Part shown: one piece after another, positions 51,766 to 64,000 of the stretch
Position numbering within the stretch: the first letter of the stretch is position 1
Layout: the number at the start of each line of letters is the position of its first letter
Assembly: GCF_036588685.1 (NCBI RefSeq)
Contig: NW_026963294.1
Span: 124,001 to 188,000 of the forward strand
Length of the DNA: 64,000 nt
Reading direction: 5' to 3'
From: Mytilus trossulus
Lineage: Eukaryota
The notes under the pieces: generated by a model
Seen by the model: the letters and a program-made list of their open reading frames with translations, nothing else
Told to the model about the DNA's origin: nothing
The model's database searches: none
Program-made: the position numbers and the translations under genes

Positions 51766-52890
51766 AACACGAACCCTACTTAACACTAGGGATTATATCA
51801 GGTGCTCCTGAATTGTAAAACACGAATCCTACTTAACACTAGGGATACAACACGAACCCTTCTTAACACTAGGGATACAATACGAACCCTACTTAACACT
51901 AGGGATACAACACGAACACTACTTAACACTAGGGATACAACACGAACCCTTTCTAACACTAGGGATACAACACGAACCCTACTTAACACTAGGGATACAA
52001 CACGAACCCTACTTAACACTAGGGATACAACACGAACCCTACTTAACACTAGGGATACAACACGAACCCTACTTAACACTATGGATACAACACGAACCCT
52101 CCTTAACACAAGGGATTATATCAGGTGCTTCTGAATCGTAAAACACGAACTCTACTTAACACTAGGGGTTATATCAGGTGCTCCTGAATCGTAAAACACG
52201 AACCCTACTTAACACTAGGGATTATATCAGGTGCTTCTGAATCGTAAAACACGAACCCTTCTTAACACTAGGGATTATATCAGGTGCTTCTGAATCGTGA
52301 AACACGAACCCTACTTAACACTAGGGATTATATCAGGTGCTCCTGAATCGTGAAACACGAACCCTACTCTTAACACTAGGGATTATATCAGGTGCTCCTG
52401 AATCGTGAAACACGAACCCTACTTAACACTAGGGATTATATCAGGTGCTCCTCAATCGTAAAACACGAATCCTATTTAACACTAGGGAATATATCAGGTG
52501 CTCCTCAATCGTAAAACACGAACCCTACTTAACACTAGGAATTACCGTATAGCGGGTTATTTTCGCTGGGTGTAAATTTTCGCTTATTTTCGCCGATAGA
52601 ACAAAATCGCCAAAATAAATTCCGCCAATTTAAAAATGTACATGCAAAGGTAATGTTAAAAATGTTGAATCCGCCAAAATAATAACCGCCAAAATTTTTC
52701 GTATACCCTTTTCAATGAAAATCGCGAAATTTTACACCCGCGAAAATAACCCGCTATACGGTATATCAGGTGCTCCTGAATCGTAAAACACGAATCCTAC
52801 TTAACACTAGGGATTATTCCAGGTGCTTATGAATCGTAAAACACGAACCCTATTTAACACAAGGGATTATATCAGGTGCTCCTGAATTCT
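51766..52890. repeat. Compound minisatellite (30-bp and 54-bp units) inside an interspersed repeat
   Basis: acacgaaccctacttaacactagggataca about 9 times, then 54-bp units adding ttatatcaggtgctcctgaatcgtaa. Confidence 0.92.
52545..52761. mobile_element. Tc1/mariner-type MITE, 217 bp
   Basis: TIRs ccgtatagcgggttattttcgc / gcgaaaataacccgctatacgg; TA TSD; empty sites in neighbouring repeat units. Confidence 0.9.
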
Positions 52891-53149
52891 AAGCATGTGG
52901 CACTCGTCATGTTGCTCTTGTAGTTCAAAACCAAAGCTAGGTCAATAAATGATGGAATACATGTAATGATATGTTTTACTAAAATAGGAAGGTAAATATA
53001 TTGGAAAATGATGCATTTTATGTAAAGTATAACCATGCAAATAGACTGGAATATATCAATCTCCCAGTTGTTAAGATGTAAAAGGATTTGCATTTTCTAT
53101 AATGATTTAGTTTAAACATATTTATTTATAGTGGAATGGGAAACAAGTT

Positions 53150-53380
53150 TTGCAACTTATATTAATTCCTTTCCACTTTGCGGGTGTGAGTGCTGCCTTT
53201 TAGTGGCATTAGCCTGCTATTTTTCGAAATCTACAAGGGTGTCTTTAACGTGCAAGATATATGGTTCTCATTTAACACGGGTCAACCATTTATCGTCCCC
53301 TCCCGACGGACTAGCATCGTTTCCTCAAGACCATACTCGCAAATGGTGTCAAGGGAGAGCCGAAAATTCAGTCCCTGAAA
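53150..53380 (-). mobile_element. SINE fragment, possibly Nin-domain type
   Basis: tctttaacgtgca...acacggg...tttatcgtcccctccc resembles the Nin central domain (recalled, not aligned). Confidence 0.45.
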
Positions 53381-53384
53381 TGTT

Positions 53385-53680
53385 CATCCCAGATTATCAT
53401 GATATAGGGTTGATGCTTACAAGAAAGCTATTGGACAAAAGTTCCAGATGGAGAAATTCAAGTCGACCCTTCGAATCCGTTAAGGACGCCATCATGATTC
53501 GGTTGACCAGTATGAAATATTTATTTCACAGATTACGACGGTATTGTTCCAATGATCGTAGCTGCATTCAAGTTCTCTGTTTTTCGAAAGTTACCTACTG
53601 AATTAGATGTATCACAGGGTTTGTACTAATACTATATGACTGGTTCACTTGTGGATCAGGATCTGCTTACTCTTTCAAAA
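53385..53680 (+). pseudogene. Decayed C-terminus and 3' UTR of a second Penelope-like RT
   Basis: GLMLTRKLLD/KFQMEKFKSTLRIR*GRHHDSVDQYEIFISQI aligns to LSRKLMNQGYVKERLVLFLKKFIGRYQDLVDKYSVSTSQI of the RT at 15460. Confidence 0.75.
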
Positions 53681-54004
53681 TATATTGGTTAAACGAAACC
53701 TGTGGAACAACTCTTTCCAGAATGCACTACAAGCAACTGACTTGTCATACACGTTACCGGAGTGAATATTTGGTGGAATAAAGTGTGATGTGTGAAAATA
53801 TAATTTTTTTACAGCATGGGGTCGGTTTAATATGCAAGGGTAGTAAATCGAACAAAACACCAAACCTGAGTTTTCCTCAGGTAAAAGTAACTGTTTGATA
53901 ACACACTCAAACAAACGAATATAAATCATGCATTATTAGCTATACATCAACGTTGAAAAATACAAATAAACTCATCAAAGATACCAGAACTAAATTTTAT
54001 ATAT

Positions 54005-54048
54005 ACGCCAGACGTGCGTTTCGTCTACAAAAGACTCATCAGTGACGC
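54005..54048 (-). ncRNA. Type I hammerhead with intact core, in retrozyme fragment 53970-54143
   Basis: gcgtca CTGATGA gtct tttgt agac GAAA cgcacg TC tggcgt. Confidence 0.8.
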
Positions 54049-54689
54049 TCGAATCCCAAAAAGTTAAAAATGCCAAATAAATTACGAAATTGAAGAGCAT
54101 TGAGATCCAAAATTCCTAAAAGTGTTGCCAAATACAGCTAAGGCAAAACATGAGTTGCAATTTAAAGTAAATGGCGGTCATGCTAAGTTATTAGAATGTC
54201 TGATATATTCAAATAGGATATTTATTTGGTAAACAAATTGTATAAACATTGAGTTTTGTCGGAAAAGACACCAGAATTTGCATAAACGTTTGCATTTTAA
54301 CAACCCCTATGCGAAAATGTGATTTTTCATGTCAGAATTTCAACATATAGAAATAAGTAATTTAGGTAAACAGCTTATACATATAGTCTTAATCCATTCT
54401 AAAAGATAACATTTTTCAAAAAAATGCTATCTTGAAGGTTTTTAAAAACTCATACCAAAAGAGGGGCGACAGATAGAAATGATTTCAACTTCGCCACTTG
54501 AACTATTGGTTTAATAGCCTCCTTGGGAGCAGAAATCCTAAATCAAGGAAATAATGATATCAAGTGTTCCAATGAGCATTTTTCTTGAAGGACAGATGTT
54601 GCCATATTTTTCCCTTTATGCGAAAAATTCAATATAAGTAATTTACAAAATTAATGATTTTATAAGTATATAGCTAGAATGACCCTTTG

Positions 54690-55022
54690 TGACAATTCTT
54701 TACATATTTCACTCAGAGGTAACGTCTTTATCCCCTGACCGTTTTTTTTTTTGGACTTTAACCTCCTTCTAATGTCAACATTTCATTTCATTTCATTTTC
54801 ATTTTTATGTAAAATTTCATAAAAATAACTTCCGGCATATCCATTCAAATCAATAACATGTTAACAATTCTTTACATATTTCACTAAGAATTAACGCCTA
54901 TATCCCCTGACCTGTTCATTGGACATTAACCTCATTTTAATGTCAACATTTCATCTTTTCATCAATAGTAAAATTTCAAAAAACTAACTTTCGGCCTATC
55001 CAATGAAATCAATAACATGTTA
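54690..55022. repeat. ~172-bp tandem duplication
   Basis: acaattctttacatatttcact...aatcaataacatgtta occurs twice. Confidence 0.8.
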
Positions 55023-56114
55023 CCAAGTCAGGAATATGACAATTGCTTTTCATTCGTTTGATATGTTTGAGCCTTTGATTTTTTCCATTTGATATGACAC
55101 TTCCGATCTGAATTTTCCGTTAAATTCGGTATTTTTTTTAAATTTTACTTTTTTTCAATCCCAATTTACAATGTATTTAAATGATAAATGGAAGTTGTAA
55201 CTTATCGGACTTTGGCATTATCTAGTACTTATAAAATATATAACACAACGGTGATGTCAATTCTAAAATAAGGTACATAATTGGAAAACGGGTAAGAATT
55301 TAAAGTTGTTTGATGGCCATATTAAACAATGTTTTCTTTGTAATAATACAAAATTGATATATGTAACAGAACAATTAAGTAACTAACTAAACACCATCTG
55401 ACACGATCAAAACTAAGAAAAAAGAAGAAAAAATGAATAAAATGATAACGAAATTTATTCCAAGTATGTCATCTTCGTGATCACTGTCACAATGTCTTTC
55501 ATCATAATTTACAACAATGCAATTTGCCACGTGATGCAAGGAAATAGTGATTCCAATATATGGAACAAGATGAACAAATGGTGCAGATACATTTACGTTT
55601 CTGAAGATAAGCATCACAATATAACATACACAGACAATTATCTTAATATAACATAATTGTAGAAAACTTCAAAATATCTCGTTGTTTTATATTTTAAAGT
55701 AGATACGGTGTAGGAATTTCTAGCTTCGGATACAAGAGGAATAGTTTTAAGCACGACGAGCATCAACTCAGTAAGAAAACACCGAAATGGCTATTTTAGT
55801 TTTGTCTTAATTAAAATGTCGGTCAGATACAAGATGGACACACTGAGATAAGAATCTTATTATCAAAACCATTCTACAACAATTCACAGTCATATATATT
55901 TATTACTTTAAGATACATTCTTTAAGTATTTGTATCTCCAATCCATCAATTCTCTGTCAGGAAACATGTTGTTTTATTTCAATTTCATAATAAGGACAAA
56001 TAATAAGCGACTATGTGTCTTCATAGCAAGGATCATACCTTAGTAATTGAAACGCATGTTAAACGTATGTTAGTCATTAACTAGTTATCAAAGGTACCAG
56101 GATTATAATTTGGT

Positions 56115-56158
56115 ACGCCAGACGCGCGTGTCGTCTACATGAGACTCATCAGTGACGC
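56115..56158 (-). ncRNA. Type I hammerhead, GAAA>GACA variant
   Basis: CTGATGA gtct catgt agac GACA cgcgcg TC. Confidence 0.75.
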
Positions 56159-58244
56159 TCATATCAAAATATTTATAAAGCCAAACAAGTACAAAGTTGA
56201 AGAGCATTGAGGATCCAAAATTCCAGAAAGTTGTGCAAAATACGGCTAAGGTAACACGATATCAGATACTCGCAACTTTTCCTCATAAGTTCGTGAGCAT
56301 TCATAAGTGGTGGTCATAATAAAACTTCCAAGAAATACATTTAACCTATTTTCATCGGGGATTGATAAAGCAATTTATCAAAAATTAAATTGATGAGAAA
56401 AAATATCCTGTTATGAGGAAGTTGAAACTTCTGTACTGATGAACTATCTTAATTTTTGTTAATATTTAGACAAATATATTACAATTTACTCATCACAGGT
56501 TCATAACGATTACTTTCATCAAATAACATGACAGCATCCGTGCAAGTGTATTATAAAGCTTACTACCATTTCAACATATTTCTAAAAGGTGACAGAATTT
56601 ACAATTGTTCATTGTTATGTCTCAATTGGTTATTGTTTCAAAAAATTCATTAAAAGCAACATGAGTAAGTTATTGTGGTAATGAAAAATATTGGAATCAT
56701 ACTCAAAGGAACATAATTTTGTTATTGAAACGCATGTTATAAATATCTTAGTTCATATCACGTTATCAGATATTCGCAACTTGTCCCTTTTGAGTGTTTA
56801 TAAGATGTGTCTATAATAAAACTTCCACGAAAAACACTTAACCTTATTTACATTGGGGATGGATATAACAAGTTGTGAGAATTTATTATTGACGAGAAAA
56901 ACATCCTGTTAAGAAGGAAATATTTATTATTAACGAGAAAAACATCCTGTTAAAAGGGTAATGATTATTATTTTGTTAAAATGTAGACAAATAAATTACA
57001 ATTTGCTGATAGAAGTTCATAACGCTTATGTCAATCAAATATAACATGACGAAATCCCCGAAAGTTACGTTTGAAGCGTACTGTCAGTTCAACCTACTTC
57101 CTAAATGTTGTAGAATCTACCAATCTTTATTTTTATTATTCAAATGGTTTATTGTTTCAAGATTGATAATTGAAATAAGTTGTTATGAAAATCATTTGAA
57201 ACATACTAAATGAAAATTATGTCACACATTTTCAATTTTTTTCAAAACATGATATATACAAAATTATGAAAGTCTACAGGTCGGTGCCTCTTTTGTCTTA
57301 ATTAAAGTTTCGGAGATAGTAGAGAGATGTTTTCATATATTTGTTTAATCAGTCAATTGTGATAGTCTATGTATCTGTTCGTGTCATATGATAACGTTAT
57401 CAGTCAATTGTGATAGTTTGTGTATCTGTCCGTGTCATATGATAACGTTATCAGTCAATTGTGATAGTATATGTATCTGTCCGTGTCATATGATGACATT
57501 CAAGTTCAGAAAATGAGGACATCAACCCCATTGTGGTTTAACCGTTCACGCGTTCCCATGAATAGTCTAGTTGAACAAAATGAGAATGTAAAGTTGTTTG
57601 ATGGCCATATGGAACAATGTGTTCTTGGTAATAGTACAAAATTGATATCTGTAACAGAAAAATTAAGTAAGTAACTAATCACCATCTGACACAATCAAAA
57701 CTAAGAAAAAATAGGAAAAAATAAATAAAATTAAAACAACTTTTATTCCAAGTATGTCATCTTCGTGATCACTGTCACAATATCCTTCATCATAATTTAC
57801 AACAATGCAATTTGCCTCGTGATGCAAGGAAAAGACAATTCCAATATATTGAATAAGATAATCAAATGATGCATATACATATACGTTTCTGAAGTTTAGC
57901 ATCACAATATAACATACAAAGACAATTATCTTAATATAACATAATTGTGGAAAACTTCAAAATATCTCGTTGTTTTGCATTTTAAAGTAAGGAATTTCAA
58001 GCTTCGGATACAAGAGAAATAGTCTTAGGCAAGAATAGACTCAATTCAGAAAGAAAACACCGAGACGGCTGTTTTAGTTTTGTCTTAATCAAAATGTCGG
58101 TCAGATACAAGATGGACACACTAAGATAAGAATCATATTATCAAAACCATTCATAGCTAGGATCGTACCTTAGTAATTGAAACGCATGTTACTCATAGGT
58201 TAGTCATTAACTAGTTATCAAAGGTACCAGAATTATAATTTGGT

Positions 58245-58288
58245 ACGCCAGACGCGCGTGTCGTCTACATGAGACTCATCAGTGACAC
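58245..58288 (-). ncRNA. Type I hammerhead, GAAA>GACA variant
   Basis: Same core as the copy at 56115. Confidence 0.75.
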
Positions 58289-60278
58289 TCATATCAACAT
58301 ATCTATAAAGCCAAACAAGTACAAAGTTGAAGAGCATTGAGGATCCAAAATTCCAAAATGTTGTGCAAAATACGGCTAAGGTAACACGATATCAGATATC
58401 CTGTTATGATGAAGTCGAAACTTCTGTACTGATGAACTATCTTGATTTTTGTTAACATTTAGACAAATATATTACAATTTACTCATCACAGGTTCATAAC
58501 GATTACTTTCATCAAATAACATGACAGCATCCGTGCAAGTGTATTATAAAGCTTACTACTATTTCAACATATTTCTAAAAGGTGACATAATTTACAATTG
58601 TTCATTTTTATGTCTCAATTGGTTTTTGTTTCAAAATATTCATTAAAAGTATGTTATTGTGGTAATGAAAAATATTGGAATCATACTCATAGGAACATAA
58701 TTTTGTAATTGAAACGCATGTTATAAATATCTTAGTCCATAACACGTTATTAGATATAAGCAACTTGTGCTATTTTAGTATTACAAGTTGTGTCTATACA
58801 AAACTTCCAAGAAAAACACTTAACCTTATTTACATTGGGGATGGATATAACTAGTTGTGAGAATTTATTATTGACGAGAAAAACATCCTGTTAAGAAGGA
58901 AATATTTATTATTGACGAGAAAAACATCCTGTTAAGAAGGAAATATTTATTATTGACGAGAAAAACATCCTGTTAAAAGGGTAATGATTATTATTTTGTT
59001 AAAATGTAGACAAATAAATTACAATTTGCTGATAGAAGTTCATAACGCTTATGTCAATCAAATATAACATGACGAAATCCCCGAAAGTTACTTTTGAAGC
59101 GTACTGTCATTTCAACCTACTTCTTAAATGTTGTAGAATCTACCAATCTTTATTTTTATATATCAAATTGTTTAATTGTTTCAAGATTGATAATTGAAAT
59201 AAGTTGTTATGAAAATCATTTGAATCATACTAAATGAAAATTATGTCACACATTTTCAATTTTTTTCAAAACATGATATATACAAAATTATGAAAGTCTA
59301 GAGGTCGGTGCCTCTTTTGTCTTAATTAAAGTTTCGGAGATAGCAGAGAGATGTTTTCATATATTTGTTTAATTAGTCAATTGTGATAGTCTATGTATCT
59401 GTTCGTGTCATATGATAACGTTATCAGTCAATTGTGATAGTTTGTGTATCTGTCCGTGTCATATGATAACGTTATCAGTCAATTGTGATAGTCTATGTAT
59501 CTGTCCGTGTCATATGATGACATCCAAGTTCAGAAAATGAGGACATCAACCCCATTGTGGTTTAACCGTTCACGCGTTCCCATGAATAGTCTAGTTGAAC
59601 AAAATGAGAATGTAAAGTTGTTTGATGGCCATATGAAACAATGTGTTCTTGGTAATAATACAAAATTGATATCTGTAACAGAAAAATTAAGTAAGTAACT
59701 AAACACCATCTGACACAATCAAAACTAAGAAAAAATAGGAAAAAATAAATAAAATTATAACAACTTTTATTCCAAGTATGTCATCTTCGTGATCACTGTC
59801 ACAATATCCTTCATCATAATTTACAACAATGCAATTTGCCTCGTGATGCAAGGAAAAGACAATTCCAATATATTAAATAAGATAATCAAATGATGCATAT
59901 ACATTTACGTTTCTGAAGTTTAGCATCACAATATAACATACAAAGACAATTATCTTAATATAACATAATTGAGGAAAACTTCAAAATATCTCGTTGTTTT
60001 GCATTTTAAAGTAGATACGGTGAAGGAATTTTAAGCTTCGGATACAAGATAAATAGTCTTAGGCAAGAATAGCATCAACTCAGAAAGAAAACACTGAGAC
60101 GGCTGTTTTAGTTTTGTCTTATTCAAAATGTCGGTCAGATACAAGATGGACACACTAAGATAAGAATCATATTATCAAAACCATTCATAGCAAGGATCGT
60201 ACCTTAGTAATTGAAATGCATGTTAAACATATGTTAGTCATTAACTAGTTATCAAAGGTACCAGGATTATAATTTAGT

Positions 60279-60322
60279 ACGCCAGACGCGCGTTTCGTCT
60301 ACAGAAGACTCATCAGTGACGC
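60279..60322 (-). ncRNA. Type I hammerhead, fully canonical
   Basis: gcgtca CTGATGA gtct tctgt agac GAAA cgcgcg TC tggcgt. Confidence 0.85.
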
Positions 60323-63244
60323 TCATATCAACATATCTATAAAGCCAAACAAGTACAGAGTTGAAGAGCATTGAGGATCAAAAATTCCAAAATGTTGTGC
60401 AAAATACGGCTAAGGTAACACGATATCAGATATCCTGTTATGAGGAAGTTGAAACTTCTGTACTGATGAACTATCTTGATTTTTGTTAACATTTAGACAA
60501 ATATATTACAATTTACTCATCACAGGTTCATAACGATTACTTTCATCAAATAACATGACAGCATCCGTGCAAGTGTATTATAAAGCTTACTACTATTTCA
60601 ACATATTTCTAAAAGGTGACAGAATTTACAACTGTTCATTTATATGTCTCAATTGGTTTTTGTTTCAAAATATTCATTAAAAGTATGTTATTGTGGTAAT
60701 GAAAAATATTGGAATCATACTCATAGGAACATAATTTTGTAATTGAAACGCATGTTAGAAATCATAACACGTTATTAGATATAAGCAACTTGTGCTATTT
60801 TAGTATACAAGTTGTGTCTATACAAAACTTCCAAGAAAAACACTTAATAATAAAATTGAGAATGGAAATGGGGAATATGTCAAAGAGACAACAACCCGAC
60901 CAAAATAAAAAAATACAACAGCAGAAGGTTAACCTTATTTACATTGGGGATGGATATAACAAGTTGTGAGAATTTATTATTGACGAGAAAAACATCCTGT
61001 TAAGAAGGAAATATTTATTATTGACGAGAAAAACATCCTGTTAAAAGGATAATGATTATATTTTTGTTAAAATGTAGACAAATAAATTACAATTTGCTGA
61101 TAGAAGTTCATAACGCTTATGTCAATCAAATATAACATGACGAGATCCCCGAAAGTTACTTTTGAAGCGTACTGTCATTTCAACCTACTTCTTAAATGTT
61201 GTAGAATCTACCAATCTTTATTTTTATATATCAAATTGTGTATTGTTTCAAGATTGATAATTGAAATAAGTTGTTATGAAAATCATTTGAATCATACTAA
61301 ATGAAAATTATGTCACACATTTTCAATTTTTTTCAAAACATGATATATACAAAATTATGAAAGTCTAGAGGTCGGTGCCTCTTTTGTCTTAATGACAGTT
61401 TCGGAGATAGCAGAGAGATGTTTTCATATATTTGTTTAATCAGTCAATTGTGATAGTCTATGTATCTGTTCGTGTCATATGATAACGTTATCAGTCAATT
61501 GTGATAGTCTATGTATCTGTCCGTGTCATATGATGACATTCAAGTTCAGAAAATGAGGACATCAACCCCATTGTGGTTTAACCGTTCACGCGTTCCCATG
61601 AATAGTCTAGTTGAACAAAATGAGAAACATAATGGTTTATGTATAGTGAATCGGATATTATATTTCCCGTTCATCTATGAAGACAACCATCATTATAACA
61701 TTTCTAATAAAAATGTAGATGCAATTTAAATAGTAAACTATATCCTAATTCAAACCTATAAATATAAGTCAAGTGGGTTTTTTCACACACATCAGTTCAA
61801 TGTGTCACATTTTCAAACAGCATCACATTTACGATCATGGGGTGGTTCATTATGTGAAGTGAGTGATTGTAATTATCATGGTTATGAAATAATAGCGAAT
61901 AAGTTTAGTTAACTCAATTGCACATTAAAGCGCTCAACAGACAACATCATCCACTAGCAATCTGAAATATCTTATCAGGAAGAAAAACACTATGATTTTG
62001 AATCACAGACGAATACAAGAAATGTTTAAGCAAATCACGACGACCATTATCCGAATACTCGGATAATATTCTTAATAAATCAGACTATAGCATAGTTGTT
62101 ATTGTTGTACATTTTGTTCGACCTTGAAAACATGTATATACAATATATAAAGTACTACGTGACAAAGTTATAAGTTAAATAATTACTCATCATAACAGGA
62201 AGATAAAGAGTATAAACATAAGACGGTTTCCGTAGGTTACAAGTGTATACATTATATTCTTAACAGTATTCATTGTTTAAATTTTGGACGTAATATTTAG
62301 TAACTATATTATAGGTTGGAGAGGCAATGAAATTGTACACGTTTTATTTTAATCCCTCAATGCATACACACATCATGTTTAGAAACATTGAAAAGGGCAA
62401 GGGTTGCATATACTTTTCAAAAATAAATCATGTTTTGGATCTTGATAATGATGGTTGATTACTTTTTTGTAAAAGGGTTTTAGTTTTATTGATATTCTGA
62501 AAGTGTTTAAAAGGCTATTTTGAATGTCTTTTGTCAAAATCAGAGTGCAAATGAAACAACTCTCCATCCAAGTCACAATCTATAAAAGCAAACCATTTTA
62601 GGTCAAGGTATGGTCTTCAACACGGAGCCTTGGCTCACAACAAGCATCAAGTCATACCCCCTAGCTAGGTGTACAGGTAATTATTTTATGAAATTTTTAG
62701 ATATACTCATTAATCATTTCTGAGTTGGTTTTTTTTTTCTATTAATGTTTGAAAAAATCAAATTAACAAAAGCATCGAACTCCAACAGAAATTCAAAACG
62801 AAAAGTACTTTATAAAATGGCAAAATCAAAATCTTAAGCACAACATACAAATTGAAAACAACTGTCATAATCCTCACTTATTTACAGGAATTTCCTACTG
62901 TAGAAAATGAAGTATAGGTAACGTAATTTGTAGGACAACCAGATTGTACTGGTATCAACAGAGAGATTACCAAAGCTTACGACTAATCTTTCTAAGGCAA
63001 AGTTGTTTCTTTGTGTGCATGCATCTTGAAAATTGTAGGTTTATATAATTGAGAAAACATAAAAGAATTTAGGGATTGAAAACAATTAATTAAAATTTAT
63101 GAAACAATATGCAAAAATAACGCATTGCTGTTATCCAGATTAACTGTTCTAGTGCCGACAGCGAAAGTTACAAATTCAAATTATGGCTGTTCTCAATGCT
63201 CTTCAACTTTGTATTTGTTTGGCTTTTTCACGGTTTTGATCTGA

Positions 63245-63288
63245 GCGTCACTGATCAGTCTTATGTAGACGAAACGCGCGCCTGGCGT
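63245..63288 (+). ncRNA. Type I hammerhead, mutated (CUGAUCA; GCC triplet), in retrozyme fragment 63190-63321
   Basis: gcgtca CTGATCA gtct tatgt agac GAAA cgcgcg CC tggcgt. Confidence 0.75.
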
Positions 63289-63954
63289 ATTAAATTATAA
63301 TCCTGGTACCTTTGATAACTAATTATATAGACATGATGCTAACCGATTTTGAAACAAGTAACCAGAAATTTGAATAACTGTTTAGATTTGAAAAAAGCTC
63401 ACATTATAACAACATATGAATGCGTCTTAAGATAACCAATACAATCAAAATAGATGCTGTGGGATTGCTATGTAAACTTCTATCCACCAACAGTCAAGCA
63501 ATTTTTTTTAGTGTAAGCAAAAACAATTGAAATCGGGAGATAATTATTGATTTAATCGATGACAGTATTATGATATGCATGCCCAGTGAGTAATGTTATG
63601 TATATAGGAGGAGTAACGGGTAATTGAAATGACATTGATCAGATTTTAAACTTCAATTTAATGGTCAATACGTATTATGTCCTGTATACATTTCGTTATT
63701 CTAGCTTGGAATACTGTAAATTTAGAAATTACTGCGTGCATTTTTTAATGTTATTCTTGCAATTTTATATTAAGTATATTGTCATTTTTATAATTTACTG
63801 TTACAAAACTGTGAATTTTTCGAAAAACTAAGGATTTTCTTATCCAAGGAAAAGATTACCTAAGCCTTATTTTGGCACCTCTTTTTGGAAGTTTGGGTCC
63901 TCAATGCTCTTCAACTTTTTTTCTTTTTTTCACTTTATAACTGTTTTGATCTGA

Positions 63955-63998
63955 GCGTAACTGATGAGTCTTATATGGACGAAACGCGCGTCCAGCGT
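63955..63998 (+). ncRNA. Type I hammerhead with intact core and weakened stem I, in retrozyme 63770 to window end
   Basis: CTGATGA gtct tatat ggac GAAA cgcgcg TC. Confidence 0.75.
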
Positions 63999-64000
63999 AT

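Larger units (their letters stand above)
55295..61626. repeat. Triple tandem segmental duplication (about 2288, 2024 and 2020 bp)
   Basis: Anchor taaagttgtttgatggccat at 55301, 57589 and 59613; each unit has a retrozyme fragment and 37-39 bp sub-repeats. Confidence 0.95.

Noticed and set aside
51798-52134. RDTTRTLLNT-repeat ORFs
   Set aside because: They are in-frame translations of the 30-bp minisatellite
55500-55600. Cys-rich frame KRKCICTICSSCS...HCCKL resembling a mussel antimicrobial peptide
   Set aside because: There is no signal peptide, the Cys spacing matches no family I know, and the frame has an early stop in units 2 and 3

Overview
AT-rich eukaryotic DNA made almost entirely of repeats; the repeat families point to a bivalve, probably a Mytilus mussel (inference). 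No intact host gene is supported. A 64-65 bp satellite (about 1.15-29.6 kb) is split by a 1.4 kb hAT-type element and by a degenerate BEL/Pao LTR retrotransposon (5675-26971, TSD CTACG). The BEL element holds five nested insertions: a 6.1 kb Mutator-like element, a 5'-truncated Penelope-like element with N-terminal GIY-YIG (Naiad-type), a 2.8 kb CCC-ended TIR element, a 358-nt hammerhead retrozyme monomer and a 0.7 kb non-autonomous retroposon. Further right lie a very young gag-only LTR element (30101-33412), a tRNA-SINE whose B-box region is amplified about 16x, a 10.4 kb non-coding CACTA element (40709-51095, TSD CGG), a MITE-interrupted minisatellite and a 3x ~2 kb tandem duplication. The most notable observation is a module shared by the 3' end of the Penelope-like element and two abundant non-autonomous repeat families. 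It folds as a circularly permuted (P5-type) twister ribozyme with covarying stems, and its P1 region is replaced by two short palindromes. Eight minimal type I hammerhead motifs are also present. All folds and alignments were done by eye.
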